NCBI GenBank assembly: GCA_963727255.1
Contig: CAVSFC010000002.1
Span: 608,001 to 672,000, forward strand
From: an uncultured bacterium
Lineage (GTDB): Bacteria; Babelota; Babeliae; Babelales; Vermiphilaceae
Length of the DNA: 64,000 nucleotides
Direction of reading: 5' to 3'
Positions within the stretch are counted from its first letter, which is position 1, and every line of letters begins with the position of its first letter. Below, in pieces: positions 32,187 to 43,601 of the stretch. Under the pieces are notes generated by a model. It saw only the letters and a program-made list of their open reading frames with translations, searched no databases and was not told the origin of the DNA. Made by a program: the position numbers and the translations under genes.

Positions 32187-32972
32187 CTATACAAAATCTA
32201 AGCGTTTTTTTAGTTTAGAAATTCCAAAATACATGCAAATTACAGAAAATGCCGTGATTGCCAGTAAGCACAGCCAAAAATTGATATAGCTTGCTTGCCC
32301 AAGAATGGATACACGTACTGCTTCAGTAATATATATCATCGGATTGATCAAATTAAGAATCGCAAACCAAGGAAGCGCTTTATAAAATGAGAGCCAAGAA
32401 AATTGAAATCCGCCCAGAAACCACATTGGGAAGATAAATCGTGCCCAAACCATGCCTAATTTTTGCATGTTTGCGACGATACTTGCAACGAGCAATACAA
32501 AACAGGCATAAAAAGCGCTTTGAAAAATCACGGCTACAATAAATTTGAAATATGAAATCTCATAAAGATTCAATTGGTTCCACAAACAGAGTTTGCCAAT
32601 CGGGAGCATAAGAATAGCCAAGATGCAGTAGATAATAAAATAATAGACCGCTTTGCTGGCAATCGCTAACCATGATGGTATTGGCAATGTGAGCGTATAG
32701 CTTATCACGCGATCACCTTCAAAATCAGAAACTAAATCAACTACATTTGCATACAGTTCAAAAAGCCCTGCCGCAGCGATAACGCCTGCCAACTGGAAAA
32801 CCCCAAAATCTACCGATAACCCAAAAAAGGGCATAATATAGGCTGTTACAACTACGGTTAATATCACCCAAATTGCTAAATCGATAAATTTGTTTAAAAA
32901 CGTTTGCTTAAAAATAATGAGATCTGTGTGAATAAGATTCTTGCAAACATTCCAATAAAATATTGTATTCAT
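32187..32972 (-). CDS. ABC-2 type exporter permease
   Basis: About 6 TM helices; NPMIYITEAVR; adjacent ATPase. Confidence 0.9.
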   Translation of the reverse strand: MNTIFYWNVCKNLIHTDLIIFKQTFLNKFIDLAIWVILTVVVTAYIMPFFGLSVDFGVFQLAGVIAAAGLFELYANVVDLVSDFEGDRVISYTLTLPIPSWLAIASKAVYYFIIYCILAILMLPIGKLCLWNQLNLYEISYFKFIVAVIFQSAFYACFVLLVASIVANMQKLGMVWARFIFPMWFLGGFQFSWLSFYKALPWFAILNLINPMIYITEAVRVSILGQASYINFWLCLLAITAFSVICMYFGISKLKKRLDFV

Positions 32973-32979
32973 AAAACAC

Positions 32980-33729
32980 CTATTCTTGATTTGCTTTTAA
33001 AAGCTCTATAAAGACATCTTCAAGATTTTTTTGTTTGAAATCTGCCATGAGCTTATCGGGAGTATCAATGAGCTTAATAAGACCTTTATCGAGAATGCAC
33101 ACTCGATCAGAAAGCTTTTCTGCTTCATCCAGATAATGGGTGGTCAGCAAGACGGTAATCCCATCATTTTTGAGCTCTTTAATCATTGTCCATAAATTTC
33201 TACGAATGTGCGGATCAAGGCCCACGGTTGGCTCATCTAAAATGATAAATTCTGGTTGATGAATTAAACTGCGCGCTATCATAAACCGTTGCTTATACCC
33301 GCCGGATAAAATTTCCGCTTTTTCTTGCAGATAATCTTGCAAGCCGAATCGCTTTGCAAGTATGGCAATACGCTCTTTGATCGCATCTTCAGGGACCCCA
33401 TAAAATCTTCCGGCAAAGATAAGATTTTGTTCCAGCGTGAGATAGGGATTTAAATTAGGCTTTTGCGGGCAATATCCTAAACGCATCCGGAATGAGGGAA
33501 GATCATTATAAATAGAAGCCCCGTTATAAGTAATATCCCCGCTGGAAGCAGGATGCAACGTAGCAATAATAGAAGATAAGGTTGATTTGCCGGCGCCGTT
33601 GACGCCAAGCAACCCTAAAACTTCACCTTTATAGATATCCAGAGACACGCCCTTGAGCGCTTCAATGGTTTTTTCTTTGGTAGTATAGGTTTTTTTAATA
33701 TTTTTTATGCTGAGCAAAGGGATGGCCAT
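32980..33729 (-). CDS. ABC exporter ATP-binding protein (DrrA/NodI-like)
   Basis: GVNGAGKST, LSGG, LDEPTVGLDP, TTHYLDEAE. Confidence 0.93.
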   Translation of the reverse strand: MAIPLLSIKNIKKTYTTKEKTIEALKGVSLDIYKGEVLGLLGVNGAGKSTLSSIIATLHPASSGDITYNGASIYNDLPSFRMRLGYCPQKPNLNPYLTLEQNLIFAGRFYGVPEDAIKERIAILAKRFGLQDYLQEKAEILSGGYKQRFMIARSLIHQPEFIILDEPTVGLDPHIRRNLWTMIKELKNDGITVLLTTHYLDEAEKLSDRVCILDKGLIKLIDTPDKLMADFKQKNLEDVFIELLKANQE

Positions 33730-33966
33730 GATAGGTCTCCGATGAGAATAGAAGAAGCAAAAAATGAACAAAATTAAGACTTTTAGCCATCATTCAGAGA
33801 ATGAACGGCAAAAAAGCGGCGAGCGCCTGGGTTAAAAGAAGCTGTGCTGGGCCAGCTAATTGAGGAGAGCAATTTCCATAATACGATGCCTTGAGCTAAA
33901 GGATTGGCTGTTTCTTAATTATAAAAGGCCAGAAAGAGCGAGTCAAGAGAGATTTTGGATGAAAAT

Positions 33967-35592
33967 TCAAAACAGCATTCTCAAAAATATCCATAAAGAA
34001 TTGGTCGCATAGACCCCGGACCAAAATGGATAATGCTCTTCTTTATTTTTAACTAAATAGGTCGATAATCCGCCTGCAACGAGCATGAGAGAAGTATCGA
34101 GCCCCATGAGTAGGCCGCCAAATACAAGGGTTGCATTAATGCCTACGAATTTGAGGCTATAGCCAAACAAAAAGCCTAACAGCATTACGATATAATCAAA
34201 ATTAAATGCCTGAATTAGAACAGCTCTACTTTGGGCTCGCGAGGCAATGAGTTCAGGGGAACCCAGTTCAAAATGTGAAATTAAAAGCCAGAAAATTGTG
34301 CCGATTGTAAGCGCGCTTATGAATAATCCAATCCATTGATAATGCATCATAGAAGTGCGCGAAAGGGAGCCAAGTTGGGCAACCTTTTGGCCAAATAGGA
34401 TATCAACTGCCACGATGCACGAAATTTCAACAAAAGCGGCCAGCAGGGTGATTTGAACTGCAGAAAAACCAAAAATTAAGAGCCCGGGGAGCATGACAAA
34501 GGTGGCAAACCTTCCTAATGGTGCGATGCCCAATTTGCCGGCGATTATAAGCAGTTGATAGGCGCAGATTACGGTAAAGCTTGTTAGATAGAGTTGTGCG
34601 GGAATTGAGAATCTAAAATAGGTAAGAAATGCTGCTGCGGGGATAAGTAGAGCGAAGCTTCGTTTTGAAAAACTAAAATTTTTCTCATTGTGAGTTTCGG
34701 ATGATTTGGATGTAAATAATGCGCAGAATTTTTTATACGTATCGCGTAAAATTTTAGGCAAATCTATGAGCCCCAATAAGGCACCTTGGATTGCCATTCC
34801 TGCGCCAAACGCCAATACATAATCGGTATGAGAAAGATGCAAAAAAAATAGTTCATGAAGCGGATCAACTAAAGCTAATTTTGTAATTACTGCAATTAAT
34901 AAGGGTATGGCAATTACATGCCCCGTAGTGAATCCGATCGCCCAAAACATGGGAAGCATATCGGTGCGCGCAGCCACATGGGGAATAGAAAAAATATTCC
35001 AGTTCAAAGTAGGCAGAAGGGTTAATCGGGCAGGAATAATGCCTAAAAAACTTTGTATTATGCTATAAACCACGGCTGTTGCGGCTCCTATGGCCAATTG
35101 GACTGCCTTGCCGAATTGATTTTGAATTGCAATCATATTATAGACCATTTGGCCGATAGGGAAGATCATAGATTCATCCGTAAGAAATCGATTTCTCCAA
35201 TGATGGGCGATGAGAAATCCAAAGCTTCCAGCTGCTAAAATCAATCCAGCTAAAATGGCTGAAAAGTAGAAAGGCTTTACCATCCATGCATTAAAAAGTT
35301 GCGGATCAAGAAAATAGAGCGTGGGAAAGGAGAATGCGCATGCCATTGCCACAGCGCCGCCAATACCACCAGCGGCTGTTGCAAAGGCAAGTGAGCGCAT
35401 TTGGGTAGCTAATGCTATTTGGTGGGCGCAGACTCTAAAAATAATAGTGCCAATAAGCACCAACGTCATTTCCATCCACGGCCCTATTGGCGTTGCCATA
35501 GCTACATAGCTGATCACGGCAGTCGCGATTAATGAAAATAAAATAGCGAGTAATGCCGGCAATATGCGAACGAGCGATTTTTTTATCTGCAT
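33967..35592 (-). CDS. OPT/YSL-like multi-pass transporter
   Basis: More than 13 hydrophobic helices; FSFPTLYFL and IFPIG resemble OPT family motifs. Confidence 0.65.
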   Translation of the reverse strand: MQIKKSLVRILPALLAILFSLIATAVISYVAMATPIGPWMEMTLVLIGTIIFRVCAHQIALATQMRSLAFATAAGGIGGAVAMACAFSFPTLYFLDPQLFNAWMVKPFYFSAILAGLILAAGSFGFLIAHHWRNRFLTDESMIFPIGQMVYNMIAIQNQFGKAVQLAIGAATAVVYSIIQSFLGIIPARLTLLPTLNWNIFSIPHVAARTDMLPMFWAIGFTTGHVIAIPLLIAVITKLALVDPLHELFFLHLSHTDYVLAFGAGMAIQGALLGLIDLPKILRDTYKKFCALFTSKSSETHNEKNFSFSKRSFALLIPAAAFLTYFRFSIPAQLYLTSFTVICAYQLLIIAGKLGIAPLGRFATFVMLPGLLIFGFSAVQITLLAAFVEISCIVAVDILFGQKVAQLGSLSRTSMMHYQWIGLFISALTIGTIFWLLISHFELGSPELIASRAQSRAVLIQAFNFDYIVMLLGFLFGYSLKFVGINATLVFGGLLMGLDTSLMLVAGGLSTYLVKNKEEHYPFWSGVYATNSLWIFLRMLF

Positions 35593-35730
35593 TAGGGAGT
35601 GCTTTTACTAAAAATTATAATTGGATAGTATAGCTAACCGTTAGAGTATTAACATGCGCAAAAAAAGAATATAACTCATTTTTCTTCTTGCTCATGAGTT
35701 ATAATCTCCATCAATAGTTGATTTGTTTTT

Positions 35731-36063
35731 TTAGCCTGAAACTGCAGTAGGCATTCGATTTAATGCATACAGTTCTTCGCATTTTAATCCAGTCTTTAAG
35801 CAGTCATTATTAATGCAACCAAATATTTCACAGGCAGGTATTGTGTTTACCAAAAATCTATCCATCATGTTCAACTTTTTTATTTCCTGAGTACACCGAG
35901 CAAGCTCTTGTTTGATACTCTGAAGCTTTTGTGAAGAGCGAGACGAATAATGCCTGTGTATCAAAACATTATTGGAATACTTCACTCTTTGCATAGCAAA
36001 GAAGGTATGGGGTGCAAGCAATGTTGCGAATAATAACAGAAAAGCTAATTTAGATGGTTTCAT
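35731..36063 (-). CDS. Exported Cys-containing hypothetical protein
   Basis: Signal FFA|MQR. Confidence 0.65.
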   Translation of the reverse strand: MKPSKLAFLLLFATLLAPHTFFAMQRVKYSNNVLIHRHYSSRSSQKLQSIKQELARCTQEIKKLNMMDRFLVNTIPACEIFGCINNDCLKTGLKCEELYALNRMPTAVSG

Positions 36064-36069
36064 TTTTTC

Positions 36070-36360
36070 TTATCTCTTTGGTTTTTTTGAAACATGTTTT
36101 TCTTCTGATGAAGAATCTTCTTCAGCTGATTGTGATAATGGTTCTTCGTCATCAGATTCTATATATAAAACAAGTTCCGGATTTTTTTTCTTACGTTCTT
36201 CGAACTCTGCAAACATTTTTCTAAGATCTTCCTCAGAAGTTATATGATAAGTTTTAGATGATTGGTTATCAGCATTTGGTTGATTATTCTTTTGCATTGC
36301 TGATAGAGCAACAGATGAAAATAGGATGTATAAACAGAATATAGTTAAATTAATTTTCAT
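36070..36360 (-). CDS. Exported small acidic/basic protein
   Basis: Signal LSA|MQK; acidic stretch; C-terminal KKPKR. Confidence 0.7.
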   Translation of the reverse strand: MKINLTIFCLYILFSSVALSAMQKNNQPNADNQSSKTYHITSEEDLRKMFAEFEERKKKNPELVLYIESDDEEPLSQSAEEDSSSEEKHVSKKPKR

Positions 36361-36366
36361 AATTCC

Positions 36367-37309
36367 TCACATAAAAAATGAGAGTGGGTTTACTTTTTTG
36401 CCATATGCCGAAACTTCAAAATGAAGATGCGAAGCATCCCGGCCTTTGCGTTTTCTCACATGCCCGGTTGATCCGACTTTGCCGATTACCATTCCTTGAT
36501 CAACTTTTTGACCGACGCTGACCAGCATCCTATCAAGATGCGCATACCGAGTTTTATATTTATTGTTATGAGAAATTAAGATCGTATTGCCATAGCCTGG
36601 ATCAGAATGCGCTTGAATCACGATACCATCAGCGGCAGCTAATACCGGAGTTCCCCGGCAGGCAGCCATATCAATACCATAATGGAATCCCCAGGAATGA
36701 TCAGTTTTTCTGCGGGGGCCAAAGAATGATGAGAGCCAGAATTCTGAGCGTTTGATAGGCCATGCAAAATCAAAATCCCTTGGAGCATTTAATACTGCAT
36801 CAGCATAGTGCATATTGAGTGGTACATTCGCGGTGCGGCGTGCGCGGCGCGTCCGTTTCTTCTTGCCTTGCGCAACTGCCGCTTTTTTCTTTATTTGATC
36901 GGTATAATCAAGCCATTCATTCGGATCAAGTTTCTTGAGAATGAAATCTAAATTTTGTTTGCGGCAATATTCTATGGTTGATTTCTTGAGATAATTGGGC
37001 TCGCGATTTACCACAATAAATGAATCTTTTGATTCACTTGTTTCTTGCACCGGCATAATCCGTATCTTCATCGGCCTGTTCTTTCATCGCATTATATTCA
37101 TTAAGAATTTTTTTTACGGCGATGGTATACGCTCGATATTCTTCTTTGAGCTCAAGCATTTTTTGCGCTTGATCATGGAAGAACCGGTATTCAATAATTA
37201 AAAGAGTGGTAAGGCCAAGCATGGCCAAAAGCACGCATCCAATTATAATTTTCCCGAGATGTTTTGTATGATACTTAATGGGTGCACTCCGCAATTATTT
37301 GATAACCAT
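36367..37309 (-). CDS. M23 family peptidase with N-terminal TM and coiled coil (frameshift near 37050; start approximate)
   Basis: HYGIDM, YAHL, HLHFEV; ORF 37034..37294 supplies the TM and coiled coil. Confidence 0.9.
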
Positions 37310-37316
37310 TACTATT

Positions 37317-38132
37317 CTAGAGAATCGCGCACGGATTCGATTCTCGGGCAGCGTCATAAATTTCGCGTGTAATATTTTCCAGATCTACGCTTTCTGATGC
37401 CAACCTTTCTTCAACGTCAGTCTTGGAACGATTTAGGGCTTTAACAGTGAGGCCTAAGATAAGGCCGGTTCTTGCAAGTTGTTCAACTTTGGCATAATTT
37501 TTTTCATCGTGGATTACTGGATTATTTTCATTAAACTCTAAAAATGTAATGAGGGATCCCTTTCCATCAGTTTCGGGAAATTTAATGCCTTGTTCAGCAA
37601 GCAATTTCTGTATATGTTCGCTTATAGTGTTATCAAGTGTTTCCGCAGGTAAGCTGTTTTTATACCATTTATGATATGCATCTACTACAGAAGAATTTTC
37701 AATTAGTTTTTTGATAAATGATTCTGATGACACAGGATTATCTGAATAATTTTTAGTTTCATCCTTCAAAAAAAAGTTTGTGGTATTGCGAATTTGATTA
37801 TAGGTTGCTTCAAAAGCTTTTTTTTGTTGAGAATCCGTTGAATGATTTTGAACCTCATCATAGAGTAGTAAAAATTCGGGCTGATGTTTTAAAAATCCTC
37901 CATCAATAATTTTATCAATCAATGCATGATTTTTACTTTGTTTTTTCTTATAAATGACCGCGCGCATGTATTCAAGCGATGCTCTGAGATTCCGATGTGC
38001 TGCTGGGCAGCTGCGAAGAAATAAGCGCTTTTGGGATAATTCACGAAATAAATCAGCTTTTGATTCCTCTTTCTCCATCGCAAAAGCAGGAACTATTATT
38101 GCAAATGAGAGAAAAAATAAATTATAACGCAT
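37317..38132 (-). CDS. Exported protein with C-terminal CaaX motif
   Basis: Signal AFA|MEK; ends NPCAIL*. Confidence 0.8.
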   Translation of the reverse strand: MRYNLFFLSFAIIVPAFAMEKEESKADLFRELSQKRLFLRSCPAAHRNLRASLEYMRAVIYKKKQSKNHALIDKIIDGGFLKHQPEFLLLYDEVQNHSTDSQQKKAFEATYNQIRNTTNFFLKDETKNYSDNPVSSESFIKKLIENSSVVDAYHKWYKNSLPAETLDNTISEHIQKLLAEQGIKFPETDGKGSLITFLEFNENNPVIHDEKNYAKVEQLARTGLILGLTVKALNRSKTDVEERLASESVDLENITREIYDAARESNPCAIL

Positions 38133-38142
38133 AAAAAATCCT

Positions 38143-38787
38143 TCAAATTAATTCAATTTTTTCATCTTGCATCCAGCCCGTATAGCCTGACCAGCAAATT
38201 TTTGACCAATGATTTTTCTGCTCAAGGACCTTGACTCGGTTCCCTTTGGGAATTTTCGCAACCTCGTGGTAACCGATATCGGGCCCCGCGTACATCGTAC
38301 TCTCATCGTGCATGATCAATGCATAGGTATTGGTGCTATTCCGGTAAGATGCATAGGTCATTGCCGCAGCTCCCATGACCAGTATGCTCAAGCTCACCAG
38401 TAGAGTGAAGCGTTTTGCATTCCAAAGTTTGCGATTAAAGATCAAAAATACACTAAATGTGCAAAAAAATAAAATTTGCAGCGGCAGCGCGGGAATATTT
38501 GGCATCAGGGTATAAGATGATGGAGGAAGGTTTAACTTTTTTGATACAACGTCACAGTTATAGCCGCTATCATTACTTATTGTGCTGTTGCCGATTTTTT
38601 TTGCGCGCTGCCAATAGAGCAATGCCTGCAATTCATCCCCATTTTTATATGCGCAGTTTCCCAGATTATACCAAATCGCTGCAGTTTTTTTTGGAATTTT
38701 TTGATAGAGATGCTCTGCCCCTTTAAAATCTTTTTTTGCATAGCATTGATTTGCTTGTAAAAATAGTTCTTGCGCTGAAGTTTTCAT
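38143..38787 (-). CDS. batE: BatE-like protein (TPR + TM + SH3b)
   Basis: WYNLGNCAYK TPR; two TMs; SH3b-like MYAGPD...GWM; last gene of the Bat cluster. Confidence 0.85.
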   Translation of the reverse strand: MKTSAQELFLQANQCYAKKDFKGAEHLYQKIPKKTAAIWYNLGNCAYKNGDELQALLYWQRAKKIGNSTISNDSGYNCDVVSKKLNLPPSSYTLMPNIPALPLQILFFCTFSVFLIFNRKLWNAKRFTLLVSLSILVMGAAAMTYASYRNSTNTYALIMHDESTMYAGPDIGYHEVAKIPKGNRVKVLEQKNHWSKICWSGYTGWMQDEKIELI

Positions 38788-40570
38788 GGGAGATTCCTTC
38801 GCGGTAATTTTTCAATAATATCTATCCAATACAATGCTTGTTCATAGAGATGCGAATAAAAATACGGGTCACTCGATTGTTTATAAAAGCCTGATTCTGC
38901 GATACGGCTATAAAAGAGTTTCCAATCTTGCACTGCTTGCATTGATAAGCCGGATGATCGTAATTTTTCTTCAATTATTTCCGGTGATAAAGCCGCCGCT
39001 TCAACCCCATAATGGGCTGCAAGCAAGTTCATAAAAATAGAATAAAAAGCGGCATAATTGCCACTGCTATGAGCATCCTTAATTTGTTTGCGCGCTTTAT
39101 TATACACAGAGATTTTTGCATTCCATTGCGCAACTGTTTTATACAACCATGCCTGATTGGTAGTGAGCAAAAGAAAGAGGAGCCACAGTATGGCCAGAAC
39201 AGATGTTACGAGCCAAAAAAATTGCCACGGGATCATATGTATCGGTTGCATTTCCCAAGGGCCACTCTGGGCAAGCGGTTTAATCTCCTCATGCTCTACT
39301 GAAATTGCTGTCGCAACTTCGGCATTTGATTGTTCTTCGATTTTTTTAGCCGATTGTGATGTGGAAGTTCCGGTGACATGAATGGTTAATTCATTAGTCT
39401 TGCGCGTTTTATAGGTGCGATCACGTGTATCAAAATAGGTTATTTCTTGCGCGGGAATTTGATAATCACCTGGTTGCAACGCTTGAACAATATACTCCAT
39501 AGTATGCACAGTATTTGCGTGATCAACTTTAGAGGGTTCATTCTGCTGCTTTGATTCATACCATTTTAAATGTTCTGGCAATCCGGCAAGAGGCATCATC
39601 TGCATGGACTCAAGATCTCCATCACCGGCAAGAGAAAGTGTGAGCACCATTCCTTCACCTACACGGGCATTGGCAGGTTCTATTTTTGCAGAAAATTGAG
39701 ATAGTGATCCAATGAGCGCTGGTTTTATCGAATGCTGGGGCAGTGGATCTATATTAAGACTAATTGTGTTAGAATACGTGCGTTTAAGATCATTATGAGG
39801 CAATAAGAATGCAAACATATGATTATTTGTTTGCGTATTATAATCGGCCGCATAGGCGGGAATCACGAGAGAGCCGGGTTTAGTCGGATAGATATCCCAG
39901 CTCCATTGTGCATATCGATGATCGGTACCATTTATTGTTTGGTTTCCTGTAATCGGCCCCATTTTATTTTTTATGGTAAAACTGGCAAAGTTGCTTTGAT
40001 CCGGTTCGATAAGTGTTTGCAAGCTCACACATTGATCGGCCGTATAAAAGGTAAGGGTGCAATGTGCCCGTTCGCCGACAGTAACTTTCTCTTTATTGCA
40101 GACTAGGCGTAAAAAACTTGCTTTAGATTTGCCATCATTGTTGCGCTTTGGTTCAACGTATTGTTGTTCATTGGTTACGGTTACGATTATCGGTTCAGAT
40201 TCCACTATGCCATGGTCCTCAGTGATTTGCGCCGGGCCTAGGGTATATGTGCCTGGTTCGTCAATACGTATCTGGTATGAATAGACGGTTGAGGTGGCGC
40301 CATTGACCATATTCATTTGAAAGCCACTACGCCGCACAGCATATTTTTCAACATTTTTTAACACGGGATACTGGGCAGTGTTATTCGCATTCTGAACACT
40401 CACATGCAGTAAGAATGGCTGCCCAACGCCTGCTGCTTTTAATGCAGCGTGATCCATGGTAGTTACTTTAAGGCTCACGGTGGCAGGAAAGAGTGAATGA
40501 AGAACTAAGTCCATCCGAAATCCTGAGGGATTGTAGATGTAATCGAAATTTTACCAACAATTGATGCCAT
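38784..40570 (-). CDS. batD: BatD-like protein (N-terminal frameshift)
   Basis: Repeated beta-sandwich units (PGTYTLGPA, PGDYQIPA...YFD); C-terminal TM; synteny. Confidence 0.88.
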
Positions 40571-41584
40571 TGCTGCCTCCACCCTGAGATCCTGCCATCG
40601 CCTTAATCATCTTTTTATTAAGCTGAGCATCTTTTTTTTCTCGTTCATTGAGTGCATGTTCCAAAGCAGCAGATAGTTTTTGCTGCCCGCCGCTTTTAGC
40701 ATCGGCTGGGGCACCGGCGGATTCTTGTTTTTGCCGATCTGTTGCTTTCTCTTTTCCTTTGAGCCTTGCTCATTTTTCTGCTGTGAGCTTTTATCTTGCT
40801 TCTCTTGTTCTTTTTTTTGTTTTTGGTTCATATCATTATTTTGTTTATCAGAATTCTCGTCTGGCTGTTTTTGAGTTACTCTGATTTTCTTGGTCATTTT
40901 TATCTTTTTTGTCCTTATCTTGCTGTTCTTGTTGATCATCTTTTTTATTTTGATCCTGTTGATTCTGCTGATCTTCTTTTTTTTCTTGCTCTTTCCTATC
41001 TTCTTCTTTATTTTCTTTCTCCTGCTCTTGTTTTTTTTTTTGTTTTTGTTGCTCAAGCATTTTTTTTACTACTTCTTTATTATGCTGAGCTTTTTCATGA
41101 TCAGGATTTAATGCGAGCACCTTATCATAGGCATCGATTGCTTCTTGAAGTTGTTTTAAGGAACATGGGCATTACCGGCATTAAAATATGCTTGTTCTTG
41201 TAATGCTTGTGGAGCATTAATCTCTTGTGCTGCTTTATTAAAATAGGTTAGAGCTTTATCAAATTCGCTATTTTTATAGGCGCTTACTCCTAAATCATAA
41301 AGAATATCCGGCCGATCGGGTTGCTCAGCTAAAACTTTTTTTAACTGTTGGGTGGAATCTTGCCAATTGCCTTTTTGGCTTTGCAGAATTGCACGATCAT
41401 AATCAAAAATGGCGTGAGTAAAAAAAGTTGTTTTTAATAAGATGACAATTATTAGAATCCGTTCGCTTCGAGTGAAGCGCCAGCCGAATCGAGAAGTTGT
41501 TTTTATTTCTAGCCTTGGGATAAATCCCTCGCGCGAAACGAACGGGGAAAAAGCATGTAACAAATATTTTTTTATGATATTCAT
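40551..41584 (-). CDS. batC: BatC-like TPR protein with Q/K/E/D low-complexity region (frameshifted)
   Basis: LYDLGVSAYK, AYFNAGNA, QQDK-rich linker, ends NCW*; ATG overlaps the batB stop. Confidence 0.85.
41459..41547. repeat. Palindromic repeat inserted in frame in the batC N-terminus
   Basis: ccgttcgcttcgag...cgcgcgaaacgaacgg; read on the minus strand as SPFVSREGFIPRLEIKTTSRFGWRFTRSERI with no stop. Confidence 0.8.
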
Positions 41585-42594
41585 ACCAACCATTCAATGG
41601 CTAAAAGAATAAAACTATTAATAAAAACCACGGATATTGTTCTTCGCGTTGCGCCATTGTGCGTTCTTCAATTTTTTCTTTTTCATGTTTTTGCACCAAT
41701 TGAACGAGTTGCTTTAAGATCATTGATTATCATTGGTTGCATGAAGATAGATTCCGCCAAGATCATGTGCCAGTGTTTGCAAAATTCCTTCATTGAGCTG
41801 TGAAATCACCACGCTTCCATTTTTATCTTTGAGATGCCCTGATTGTTTGCCAAATTGATCAAATAGAGGGAATTGGTGCCCCTTGTGCGGTTCCGATGCC
41901 GATAGTAAAAATAGTGAGCCCTTGTTGTTGGGCTTCTTGTTTAGAGTGATGCAAATTACTTGAAAAATCTTCACCATCAGTAAAAATAACTAGCAGTTTA
42001 TTTTTTTGCTGCCGCTTTGTTTAAATGCGTGTCAATGCTTGCGCGATTGCTTGATCAAGCGCGGTGGTGCCTGATGCAATAGTATCAACATCAATTTGAT
42101 TTAAATACATAAAAAATGCACTGCGATCACGCGTGAGTGGGCATTGCACAAAACTTGAACCTGAAAAAAGAATAAGTCCGATTCGTTCTGAAGGAAGGGC
42201 ATTAACCAATGTGCTAATTTTTGTTTTTGCAAATTCCAATCGATTGGGAGAGATATCTTGGGCAAGCATGCTGCGAGAAATATCAAGCGCAATAAAAAGA
42301 TCGCGGCCTTCTTGAATCACTGTTTCATCTTTATTATTCCAGCAGGGATGCAGCAGAGTGAGAAAGATAAAAAATAGTGCAGAGTGCCCAGAGAATGCTT
42401 TTGATAGTGATGCGCGTATATGAAGTGTGATGCAAAAATCGCATGCCCATCAACAGTTTTGCCCAAGATTCTGATCAGTTGATGACTGCGCAACCAGCGA
42501 TAGCAAGAATAACAAGCGCTATGCAGCAATAAAGTAATAAAATAGATACTATTTTCAGGCTGGTGCCCAAGTGATATCCAAACCAATTATTCAT
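41581..42594 (-). CDS. batB: BatB-like vWA domain protein (frameshifted)
   Basis: ALDISRSMLAQD..PNRL, RIGLILFSG..FVQCPLT, IFTDGEDF. Confidence 0.88.
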
Positions 42595-42596
42595 AC

Positions 42597-43599
42597 TTAT
42601 ATACCAAACCAAATCGTTGTTGAAAGAAGAAGTTCAGTGAACAAAAGCAATAATATATAACCCATACAAACGGAATAAAAATATCATAATATTTGTTAAA
42701 CAGCGATGTTTCATGGGTAGTTTTTTCCAAGAGCATCGATCGTATCATAAATAGCACGCATATCTTTTGAATTACGTGCCAAGAAAGAATTTGCCTCCGG
42801 TTTCTTGTGCAATCTTAGTAAGCAATGCTTTATTAATTTTTGGTTTAGGAATCAATGCCATACAATGGATGCATAAAAAATTGTTCCTCATCGCTGCCAA
42901 TGCCCACGGTGTAAATTTTGATTCCCATTTTTTGTGCAAGTTCGATAGCAAGGTCCGGATCGATATCATTTTCGCTGGGTGCTCCATCAGTGAGTAGAAT
43001 TATAATTTTGCTTTTTGCATTTGAATTTTTGAGACGATTTGCAGCGGTAATAATAGCTGTTGTCAAGCACGGTGCCATCCGGATCAATGATTCCAATTTC
43101 TAGAGAGCTGATTAGCTTATTAATAATTTTTTTATCAAGAGTAAGTGGCACGCGAGATAAGTGCATCTTTGCCAAAAATTACTAAGCCGATTGCATCATT
43201 GGTTCGTTTGTTCACAAATCGTAATTGCTTCATCTTTTGCAACCTCTAAGCGAGAACGATGATCATCATGCATAATCTTGAAATTGCATACTCCCTGAAA
43301 CATCAAGCACAAGCATAATATCAATACCATCAATGATGATATTAGAACGATTATCAACCAGTTGCGGTTTTGCAATTAAAAATAGCAAGTAAATGCTAGT
43401 ACGATAACTCGTAATAAAGGCAAACATTTTTTTATGAGTCGGGGGCATGGGTTTTTTTGAGCTTTGAAAGAAAGATACTAAGGGATACTCATAAAAGGCG
43501 TGCGGCATCCAGTTCTTTTGACAATGATAATGACAAGCAATGCAGGGATAATCCAATAAAGAATGCGGTGAGATTGGCAAATCTAAGAAAATAGTTCAC
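42597..43599 (-). CDS. batA: BatA-like vWA domain protein (frameshifted)
   Basis: DIMLVLDVSGSM, VPLTLD, IILLTDG, KIYTVGIG, IAQETGG. Confidence 0.88.
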
Positions 43600-43601
43600 G
43601 A

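Noticed and set aside
40607..41203. Lys-rich and Phe/Leu-rich ORFs (40607..41056, 40796..41203, 40890..41111)
   Set aside because: Alternative-frame or antisense readings of the low-complexity BatC linker.
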